Part shown: in pieces, positions 56,226 to 64,000 of the stretch | How the letters are laid out: each line of letters opens with the position of its first letter | How positions within the stretch are numbered: position 1 is the stretch's first letter | Assembly: GCA_021108295.1 (NCBI GenBank) | Contig: JAIORF010000102.1 | Location: forward strand, 7,260-71,259 | Length of the DNA: 64,000 nt | Source of the DNA: a bacterium | GTDB taxonomy: Bacteria > Patescibacteriota > Dojkabacteria > SC72 | Reading direction: 5' to 3' | Notes under the pieces: model-generated | Databases searched by the model: none | Told to the model about the DNA's origin: nothing | The model's input: only the letters and a program-made list of their open reading frames with translations | Translations under genes and position numbers: made by a program

Positions 56226-58847
56226 ATGAAGAATAAAACTGTCCTAATTGTTGTAGCTATCATTTTATCAGGTATCTTTTTCTCTAGTTATATCATTAAG
56301 AGTGATGTATTGGCATATGACTGTAGAGCTTTAGGTATGGTTTGTGTAAAGCCGGGTGGTATTGTGAGGAATGTTTGGTTTAGAACCTCGGGTATATGTT
56401 GGTTTCATAGTGGAACCTATAAATATTCCTGTACAGGTAATAATAGAAATTGTAATGGTGGTGTATATTACTATCGAACGTGGGCACTATGTAATGCGGG
56501 AGGTCACCATAGATTTGCCGGTTGTTGTGGAGAGCCTAGCTGTACCCCCGGCTGTACCCCTCCTGCTTGTCCTGCAGGAACTTCTGCTTCAGGCACAGGA
56601 GGTTTATATAATCCTCGTCCTAGTTGTAGAGACGATTGTAACGATTGGCACTACCGTGATTGCTACTACGATTGTACAGACCCTACCTGCCAAGAACTTA
56701 ACTCAGAACTGTATGATGTATGTCCTGGAGGACAAACCTGTGGAGGTCCTGTCACTATCACCTACACCGACTCAGTAGCCTGTGGAGGAGCTACGCATAG
56801 CAAACAATGTGTATTCGTAAGAAATAGTCGTCCAGTTAGTACAGACCTCACTATTTACTACGGAGACTTTGGTACAGTCCAAGGAACCCATACTAGCCAA
56901 TCACCATGGTTTAATAAGATTGTGAAAAGCCTCTCTGCACAAGAACTAGAAGGTGGAGTAGACCGAATACTAGGATTCACATCTACAGAATACTCCGGAA
57001 GTAGCCTTAACAACCCAATCAAAATACGAGCAGAATACCAAGATGCCGACGGTTCTAACGATATTGTAGCCATCTATGTATGGTGGTCTGAAAGTGAGAC
57101 AGTAGATTTCATTACCCCAGATAGAATAGCGGCTGCCTCTGAAGGCCTCTCTTCTCAATCGGAAAGTGAAGACTCTTGGGGCTTTATGCTAAGACGTGTG
57201 GGAGGAAGTTGGACTACAGTATACTCACCATATATCAGTAGTACTGATGCAGCTTGGGTTGAAATAGGGTATGTAGGAGGAGGTTCGTCTCCTTCCTCTA
57301 TTCTCTCTCCTTCTGGCGAAGAAATGGCTGTTCTCCATAATGTTGAGGTTACTGATATCTCTGGAGGTAGAGTAGAAATAGAACTCTTACTAGAATTCGT
57401 AAACTCGGGGACTAGTCCAGCAATAGCTGAAGGAGAATACAAGATATGGAACTTTGCTAATGATGTAGACGGGTTCTTACCGTTTGAAAGTGATCCAGAT
57501 ATAGAAGATGTGATAGTGGATAACGACCTTTGGGAAGATAGTACAATGGATTGGAATCTTGATTTAGAAGAACCAAGTATTTGGGCAGAAACTATATCCG
57601 AAGTAAGTGACGGAGTTCTAGCTCTTGATTTTAATGTGTCTGATATAGATAACTTCGGACTCTCCTATGTACGCATAGATGCGTGTAGGACGGGAGGAAG
57701 TACTACTGATGTCCTTACACCTACACTTAACGGTGTTCCTGGTAGTTCTTACACCATGCCAACCTGTGATGCATGTTCCTCTTTCTCTGGTATAGATATA
57801 ACGAGTGATCTAGATCTCTTAGGAGGCGATGGAACAATCCTTAGTTCTACTACTCATACATACTCCCCAATGACCTTAAGAGTAGCGCTAAATTCTAACG
57901 AAAACGGAGCTATAACCTTCTGGATAACAGCAATGGATATGGCAGGTAACTACCAACAATCCACAATAATTTACGAACTAGGAAAATGGATGATAGCTAC
58001 GGATGGTTTTGTGTACGGAACCGACGGAGTAAGTGCAAATACGAGGAATATAGCAGATGGTGTATGGAATGCTCCTTCTGAATTGTTTAATTATAACTTT
58101 GATGAACCAACCGCAGATTTAACAGATTTGGTCCTTTTGGGAGGTCATAATAATACGGCAAGCTTCTTGGGTATGTTAGTGAAATACAATGAGAACAATT
58201 CTTTTAAAGTTGCTCACTTCCCTGGAGTCTATATTAATTCTCCTTATACAGAACTTTTAGCAGCTTACAATGCTAAAACAGAGAATCTCTTGCTAGATTA
58301 CGATGAAATTAGTGATACAAGTATTAGTGGTAATCTTACCAGTCTTTTTGGTGCAGTTCATGACTACTATATAGTGAATAATAGTGGGGATACAACCATA
58401 AGCTCTAGCTTTGTATGTGATGGACAAGGATTGATAATGGTAGATGGTGATATAACTATCACACCCGATGTTGTAAATAGTACGGCTTTGGATGCATGTA
58501 TAGTGCTTGCTTCGGGAGATATAATAATCGAGGATGGTAGTAATAAGACTGATTCTGGTGCGTTTGGGTATGATTTACTCCACGCGTTCCTCATTGCTAA
58601 CGGAGAGATAATTATAGACGCTGACGCTCACAATGATGGTTTACTGGTAGAAGGGGGTTTGGTAGCTTTTACGCCAAATACTGCTAGTGGGGCTATAGTA
58701 AACAACAGAGAAATGGATGTAGCTACCTCTAATATTTATCCAATATTAGCAGTGAACAACAATGCTAAGTATGGATTACTAAGTAAAGTTCTCTTTGGTT
58801 CTCAAATAGATGTGTTTAAGCTTGAGATTGGGTTTAAGCCTTACTAA
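56226..58847 (+). CDS. Large secreted protein with Cys-rich N-terminus
   Basis: Signal peptide, Cys-rich region, beta-rich C-terminal region. Confidence 0.7.
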   Translation: MKNKTVLIVVAIILSGIFFSSYIIKSDVLAYDCRALGMVCVKPGGIVRNVWFRTSGICWFHSGTYKYSCTGNNRNCNGGVYYYRTWALCNAGGHHRFAGCCGEPSCTPGCTPPACPAGTSASGTGGLYNPRPSCRDDCNDWHYRDCYYDCTDPTCQELNSELYDVCPGGQTCGGPVTITYTDSVACGGATHSKQCVFVRNSRPVSTDLTIYYGDFGTVQGTHTSQSPWFNKIVKSLSAQELEGGVDRILGFTSTEYSGSSLNNPIKIRAEYQDADGSNDIVAIYVWWSESETVDFITPDRIAAASEGLSSQSESEDSWGFMLRRVGGSWTTVYSPYISSTDAAWVEIGYVGGGSSPSSILSPSGEEMAVLHNVEVTDISGGRVEIELLLEFVNSGTSPAIAEGEYKIWNFANDVDGFLPFESDPDIEDVIVDNDLWEDSTMDWNLDLEEPSIWAETISEVSDGVLALDFNVSDIDNFGLSYVRIDACRTGGSTTDVLTPTLNGVPGSSYTMPTCDACSSFSGIDITSDLDLLGGDGTILSSTTHTYSPMTLRVALNSNENGAITFWITAMDMAGNYQQSTIIYELGKWMIATDGFVYGTDGVSANTRNIADGVWNAPSELFNYNFDEPTADLTDLVLLGGHNNTASFLGMLVKYNENNSFKVAHFPGVYINSPYTELLAAYNAKTENLLLDYDEISDTSISGNLTSLFGAVHDYYIVNNSGDTTISSSFVCDGQGLIMVDGDITITPDVVNSTALDACIVLASGDIIIEDGSNKTDSGAFGYDLLHAFLIANGEIIIDADAHNDGLLVEGGLVAFTPNTASGAIVNNREMDVATSNIYPILAVNNNAKYGLLSKVLFGSQIDVFKLEIGFKPY

Positions 58848-58920
58848 ACTATTTAGTAATTAAAACTTTCCAACTTTCATGTATAATGAATTAATATTTT
58901 AATTTGTCTTAAAAACACAT

Positions 58921-59211
58921 ATGTTAAATCCAAAAGAAATCCTCAAGATGCAAAGCGAAGCCAAGAAAATGCAGAAGAAACTAAGAGAAAAGAAAATCAC
59001 TGGAGAATCCAAAGACGGTAGGCTTAAAATATATATGAATGGAGCTCAAGAGTTTGAAGACATATATATAGATGAAGAAGTTCTTGATGCAGAAGACCTT
59101 AAGGGTATAAAAAAGAGGATGAAGGAAGCCTTTAAGAGTTACCAAAAGAAGTTGCAAAAAGAAATGATGTCAGATATGGACATGGATTCACTTAAGAAAA
59201 TGTTTAGCTAA
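58921..59211 (+). CDS. ybaB: YbaB/EbfC nucleoid-associated protein
   Basis: AKKMQKKL..GRLKIYMNG; directly before recR. Confidence 0.85.
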   Translation: MLNPKEILKMQSEAKKMQKKLREKKITGESKDGRLKIYMNGAQEFEDIYIDEEVLDAEDLKGIKKRMKEAFKSYQKKLQKEMMSDMDMDSLKKMFS

Positions 59212-59217
59212 AGAAAT

Positions 59218-59847
59218 ATGTCTGTTTTACCTAAGTCTGTTGAAAATGTCATTGCGCAATTTAGTAAACTACCTGGAGTAGGTCCTAAATCTGCTGCAAG
59301 AATGACATACCACTACCTTAGATCTCCAAATGGAGATGCTACTAATCTTGCGAATGCTCTAATTGATATGGATGAAAACATCTGTTTTTGTACTAAATGT
59401 TACAACGTATCGGATAAAGAGGTGTGTAGTTTATGCGACAGTTTGCTCAGGAAGAATTCTAAAATCTGTGTTGTAGAGGAACCATTGGATGTAGTGGCAT
59501 TTGAGAATTCTGCAGTATACGAGGGCTTCTACTTTGTACTTGGTGGTGTAATATCTCCAGCAGAGGGAATAGGGGCAGAGGATTTAAGGTTTAAACAGCT
59601 TAAAGAGAGGTGTAATGAGTTGCTCAAAGAACTAGAGAGTAAGAGATTAGAGGTAATTGTAGCTACTAATCCCAATCTTGAAGGAGAAGCTACAGCTAGC
59701 TACATTCACGATATGTTTGAAAAATATATTAAAGAGGGTACAATGGTAGTAAGTAGATTAGCAATGGGGTTACCAACAGGAGCAGATTTGGAGTATGCAG
59801 ATAGGTTGACACTAAAAAGAGCACTGGAGGGTAGAAGGAGTATATAA
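59218..59847 (+). CDS. recR: Recombination protein RecR
   Basis: LPGVGPKSAAR, C4 zinc finger, EGEATA, LEYAD. Confidence 0.96.
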   Translation: MSVLPKSVENVIAQFSKLPGVGPKSAARMTYHYLRSPNGDATNLANALIDMDENICFCTKCYNVSDKEVCSLCDSLLRKNSKICVVEEPLDVVAFENSAVYEGFYFVLGGVISPAEGIGAEDLRFKQLKERCNELLKELESKRLEVIVATNPNLEGEATASYIHDMFEKYIKEGTMVVSRLAMGLPTGADLEYADRLTLKRALEGRRSI

Positions 59848-59864
59848 TTTGTATTTACTGCTTA

Positions 59865-60671
59865 ATGTCTTCTAAACCAAAGAAAAAAGATTACGGAGAG
59901 TTTATAAATCAAAATGGTTACCTTTTTGTATTTACAATAATATGTGGCCTTGGTTTACTAAGTTACTTTGTATGTAGTAGATACTTTGAGGAGATATTTA
60001 TCAAAAGAGAGCTTTATGTACTCGAGAGTTCTGCAGTAAAAGGAGTGTGGATTGATAATGCGAGTATAAGATGTCCGAATATTGAAGGGTTGGATGTAGA
60101 TAGGTGTGTAGAGTACTCATACTTAGATAATTTTGAAATACTGTCTACTGAAAATATTTTGTTTGATAGTAATGGAAGAGTTCTTTTTTCTAATGATGAG
60201 CTCTTTGTAAGCGGAATATTTGATAGAAGGGAGCTTCTTAACCAAGAGATATGGCCTGATGTATATATAGGGGATTTAAATATTAAGATTAACCATAAGC
60301 AGTGGGTGTATGAAGATGTTGTTTTGGATATGGAATCAAAAGACCCTATCCTTTCTCTCTTCAAGACGGATGACGGCTATATATTACTTCTTTCCCCTTC
60401 TGTAAGCATGGTTAATCGTACTAAGCAATTTTGGGTGTATAAGTATGTTAGTAAAACAGAGGAGATTTCTGGGATGAGCTTTTACAAAGATGGTACTCCA
60501 AGGGTGTTCTTTGAATCGGGCAGTGTGTCTTTTGATGCGAAGGGGAGTGATATCTTCCTTTTGTTTGAACGAGATGACCCTGCATTGATGGGGAATATTG
60601 AAGTTGAAATATATAGGGTAGGTCAGAATTTGAGTTTTGAGCAAAGAATACTTCTTCTAAATGGATATTAG
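59865..60671 (+). CDS. Hypothetical membrane-anchored protein
   Basis: 268-aa ORF with N-terminal TM. Confidence 0.6.
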   Translation: MSSKPKKKDYGEFINQNGYLFVFTIICGLGLLSYFVCSRYFEEIFIKRELYVLESSAVKGVWIDNASIRCPNIEGLDVDRCVEYSYLDNFEILSTENILFDSNGRVLFSNDELFVSGIFDRRELLNQEIWPDVYIGDLNIKINHKQWVYEDVVLDMESKDPILSLFKTDDGYILLLSPSVSMVNRTKQFWVYKYVSKTEEISGMSFYKDGTPRVFFESGSVSFDAKGSDIFLLFERDDPALMGNIEVEIYRVGQNLSFEQRILLLNGY

Positions 60672-60699
60672 GCTTAATACATTGTAAAATAGCAATATT

Positions 60700-62145
60700 A
60701 TGAAACTTTACAGTACATTAGATAGGGGAGTGGTACAAGTTAAACCCTTGGTTAAGGGTAGAATCTCTATGTATAGCTGTGGCCCTACTGTTTACTTCAG
60801 GATGCATATAGGGAATATTCGTGCATATGTTAATTGGGATATACTTCATAAGGCTTTTTTGTATCTGGGATATGATGTTAAGAGAGTAATGAATCTCACT
60901 GATGTGGGCCATATGACGGATGATACTGATTTTGGAGAGGATAAAATAGAGAAGAGTGCTAGTAGTGAGGGGGTTACACCGAGAGAGATTGCTAATCAAT
61001 ATATCCGTACTGTACTTGAGGATTTCTCAAGAATGAACATCCTTTCTCCTAGTGGGGAGAGTATTGATCTTAAATTAGAGATTGGTAAGGTTAAAGAGTA
61101 TGGTTTCCTGAGAGCTACTGAATATATCCCTGAAATGATTGAAATGATACAGAAAATTGAGGGGAATGGTTGTACCTATGAGACAGAACAAGCTGTATAT
61201 TTCGATGTTTCTAAGATTTCTGATTACACAATATTTACAGGGCAGTCACTTGATGAGAAGACAGAAGGGGCTAGAGATGAAGTGAATGTGGATCCTGGTA
61301 AGCGTCATCCTGCTGATTTTGTACTGTGGATGAAGAGAGTCGGTAAGTATGAGAATCATACTATGCACTGGAAGTCTCCTTGGGGAGATGGTTTCCCTGG
61401 TTGGCATATAGAGTGTTCTGCCATGAGTATTGATGCACTTGGTAAGGAGTTTGATATACATACTGGAGGAATCGATCATATCCCTATTCATCATCCAAAC
61501 GAAAGGGCTCAAAACATTGGAGCTATGGGTAGATCTGTTGTGAGTTACTGGATTCATAATGAATGGGTAGTGATGGGGGATGATATGAAGATGTCTAAGA
61601 GTGGTGGTAGTTCTGTAGTATTGGACGATATTGTTGATATGGGTTTCGATTTTCTAGATTTAAGGTATCTTTTTGTTTCTGTAAATTATCATATTAAGAT
61701 TAACTTTTCTAAAAAGGCATTACACGGTGCTAGAAATTCTAGGTTAGCGCTAGTAAGTCGATTAAGAGAGTTAAAGAATGAAGCAGATGGTGAAGGGGAG
61801 TTGATTCATGAATATGTAGAAAGATTTAAAGAGTGTTTAGATGATAGTTTGAATATCTCTAAGGTATTAGCGTTGATAAATGAGATGATTAAGTCTGATA
61901 AGAAAGCAGAGGATGTACTTGTTACTATCTATGATTTCGATAAGGTGTTGAGCTTGGATTTAGAGGCATCAGTTGAAGATGTGGGGTTAGATATCCCCGA
62001 AGAGATACTGAAGCTTGTAGAGAGGAGAGAGGAGGCTAGGAGAGGTAAAGATTTCGAACTAGCGGACTCAATTAGAGGTCAAATTGGTGATATGGGATAT
62101 ATGGTTGTAGATAGCGCAGATGGTTTTAATATAGAAAAGATATAG
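60700..62145 (+). CDS. cysS: Cysteine--tRNA ligase
   Basis: CGPTVY, HIGN, PGWHIECS, KMSKS. Confidence 0.96.
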   Translation: MKLYSTLDRGVVQVKPLVKGRISMYSCGPTVYFRMHIGNIRAYVNWDILHKAFLYLGYDVKRVMNLTDVGHMTDDTDFGEDKIEKSASSEGVTPREIANQYIRTVLEDFSRMNILSPSGESIDLKLEIGKVKEYGFLRATEYIPEMIEMIQKIEGNGCTYETEQAVYFDVSKISDYTIFTGQSLDEKTEGARDEVNVDPGKRHPADFVLWMKRVGKYENHTMHWKSPWGDGFPGWHIECSAMSIDALGKEFDIHTGGIDHIPIHHPNERAQNIGAMGRSVVSYWIHNEWVVMGDDMKMSKSGGSSVVLDDIVDMGFDFLDLRYLFVSVNYHIKINFSKKALHGARNSRLALVSRLRELKNEADGEGELIHEYVERFKECLDDSLNISKVLALINEMIKSDKKAEDVLVTIYDFDKVLSLDLEASVEDVGLDIPEEILKLVERREEARRGKDFELADSIRGQIGDMGYMVVDSADGFNIEKI

Positions 62146-63039
62146 ATGGCACAAAATACGGTTAGTATAAAATTGGATAGTGTTCAAATAGAAGATTTCT
62201 CAAATATGATGAAGATACTGAACTGGAAGGAGAAACCTGTAGGGAACATGTATATAAAGGAGGCTTTTTTATCTCCTAAAGGTGGGGTAGCTACATTGTA
62301 TACAAGTGGAAAACTTGTACTACAGGGTAGTGAGGACTTTGCCCAGACTATTGCATATATCAAGGGTAGTAGCGAAGAATATGAAGATATTATTCCACAT
62401 ATTGGTGTAGATGAGGTAGGTAAGGGTGATTATTTCGGTCCTTTAGTAGTAGTTGCTTGTTTTGTAGATAAAGATTTTGTTGAGAAAATATCAGGCTTGG
62501 GTTTTGATGATTCCAAGAAGTTCTCCGATAAGAAAATATCACATTTGTATAATGAGGTAAGGGACTATTCATACTACTATCCTATTGTTCTAGATCCTAG
62601 CGTTTACAATGATTTAATTAATGAGTATGGTAATTTGTCTATACTTTTGGCTAAACAGCATACTCAGTGTATTGAAACAGGATTGGAAGATTTAAAGAAG
62701 AAAGGAATTGAGTGTAAGAAGGTAGTTATTGATCAGTTCTCTTCTTCGAAGAATAGGATTTTGGATGAACTTGGTCCACTTGGTAAGAATGCAAGTGTAG
62801 AGCAATTTCATAAAGGAGAGTCTGATATTGCAGTAGCGGTTGCATCTGTTATTGCTAGGGGTATACTTCTAGAAGAATTTGATAAGTTGCAATCTAAGTA
62901 TGAGTTTGATTTTCCTAAGGGGGCATCTCACGTCATTGAACCTGGTGCTGATTTTGTACGTAGGTATGGTAAGGAGGAGCTGAGAGAGGTTGCTAAGGTA
63001 AGTTTTAAGACTACTCAGAAGGTTTTAAGTTTGGTTTAG
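62146..63039 (+). CDS. rnhC: Ribonuclease HIII
   Basis: N-terminal LYTSGKLVLQG; GVDEVGKGDYFGP, DSKK, VAVASVIAR, KVSFKT. Confidence 0.92.
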   Translation: MAQNTVSIKLDSVQIEDFSNMMKILNWKEKPVGNMYIKEAFLSPKGGVATLYTSGKLVLQGSEDFAQTIAYIKGSSEEYEDIIPHIGVDEVGKGDYFGPLVVVACFVDKDFVEKISGLGFDDSKKFSDKKISHLYNEVRDYSYYYPIVLDPSVYNDLINEYGNLSILLAKQHTQCIETGLEDLKKKGIECKKVVIDQFSSSKNRILDELGPLGKNASVEQFHKGESDIAVAVASVIARGILLEEFDKLQSKYEFDFPKGASHVIEPGADFVRRYGKEELREVAKVSFKTTQKVLSLV

Positions 63040-63946
63040 TTTTTCTTTTTACTGATTTTGTTAGTGTAAGTACTACAATGAGAACAATTGTTATGTAGAG
63101 AGATTCGTTTCTAAATCCAGGAATTTCTATTTCTTGGGTAATTACTCCATTATCTATACCATTTTGTATCTTTATATACGCAGTTTTCCCAAGCAGGATG
63201 TCTTCTATATACCAATTGTTTACCTTAAAATCCATCTCAAGAGAGTTTTCTGGATAAACTTTGTCTCTATCTAGATTAATCTTAATATATTCGGGTTCTT
63301 TATCAGCACTATTCTTTACTACCTGTATTTCTCCCTTTGGTATGAGAGTGTATTTTGAATTATTAAAGAAAGATATCCTTAATTGTGCTGGTTTAAGGAA
63401 TGGTATTCCTCTATTGATTACTTTTGTATAGATCTTGTAATCTTCTGTAATGGTTTCGAGGTTTATATCTTTTGTAAGATTGAGTATTACGATATGGGAG
63501 TTTTGAGCTGTTACTCCAGTTCCAGAGTCCGTGTATGTTTGAGCGTCTAGTTGTGGAGCGAATGTAATGAGGATGTAGTATGTACCTGGTTCTAATGCTT
63601 CTATCCCCAATATTTGGAATGGTACTGTTTTTGTACTATGGGCGGGAATTAGTAAAGGGGTTGTATCAATCTTTATGAAATTTTCGAAGGGTTCTAAGTC
63701 AAGAATCTGTTCTGAGTCTGGATGGTATTTGTATAGGTGTGGGGTTAGGTAGATATCGTAGTCTTTTGTGTTCCCTATATTTACTGACTGATTGCTTGTT
63801 TCTCCTATGTTCTGAGTTACCTCAGTGAAGATAGGGGAGATGGTCTCCGCATAAGTGTTAGAAGGTATGAGTAAGCTAGCGAGGGTAACGATTATTATGC
63901 TTAATACTTTTCTTTGGTTTTTTCCTTTTAGTTTTAAGTGTGACAT
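63011..63946 (-). CDS. Exported Ig-like protein with C-terminal TM anchor
   Basis: Signal peptide, ISP..EPGTYY beta-sandwich pattern, C-terminal TM and basic tail. Confidence 0.6.
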   Translation of the reverse strand: MSHLKLKGKNQRKVLSIIIVTLASLLIPSNTYAETISPIFTEVTQNIGETSNQSVNIGNTKDYDIYLTPHLYKYHPDSEQILDLEPFENFIKIDTTPLLIPAHSTKTVPFQILGIEALEPGTYYILITFAPQLDAQTYTDSGTGVTAQNSHIVILNLTKDINLETITEDYKIYTKVINRGIPFLKPAQLRISFFNNSKYTLIPKGEIQVVKNSADKEPEYIKINLDRDKVYPENSLEMDFKVNNWYIEDILLGKTAYIKIQNGIDNGVITQEIEIPGFRNESLYITIVLIVVLTLTKSVKRKTKPNLKPSE

Positions 63947-64000
63947 ATAGGACCATTATGGCAATTAATACCATTATTATCAACCTCCAAGGGATAATCC

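Overview
AT-rich, gene-dense window from a reduced bacterial genome. It is most consistent with Patescibacteria/CPR, possibly Dojkabacteria (inference from a form III-like RuBisCO, rpsB-tsf-frr-rseP without pyrH/uppS/cdsA, and many Cys-rich surface proteins). Housekeeping content: comEA/comEC, argS, rlmN, proS, uvrA, two mreB, rplL/J/A/K-nusG-secE-rpmG, seven tRNAs, mreBCD-pbp2, dprA-topA-radC, rpsB-tsf-frr-rseP, rpsU-yqeY-ybeY-pth, mfd, dnaX, ybaB-recR, cysS, rnhC. The standout is four copies of a ~0.7-kb minus-strand expression cassette inside the ribosomal-protein cluster: three tandem copies between rplA and rplJ, and one between tRNA-Thr and rpmG. Each copy has a sigma70 promoter, a near-identical ~250-nt structured leader, an unrelated small membrane-protein ORF of near-fixed length, and a structured trailer/terminator. 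One contiguous leader segment is complementary to both the ORF's Shine-Dalgarno and its stop codon/trailer, which would loop out the variable ORF. Also notable: a four-ATP-grasp/peptidase locus, a shared GTTCAT-N5-GTTCAT promoter motif at three competence genes, a 6S-like ncRNA, and an Arg(GCG)/Arg(UCG) tRNA pair. All pairings and identities were read by eye; no folding or database searches were run.
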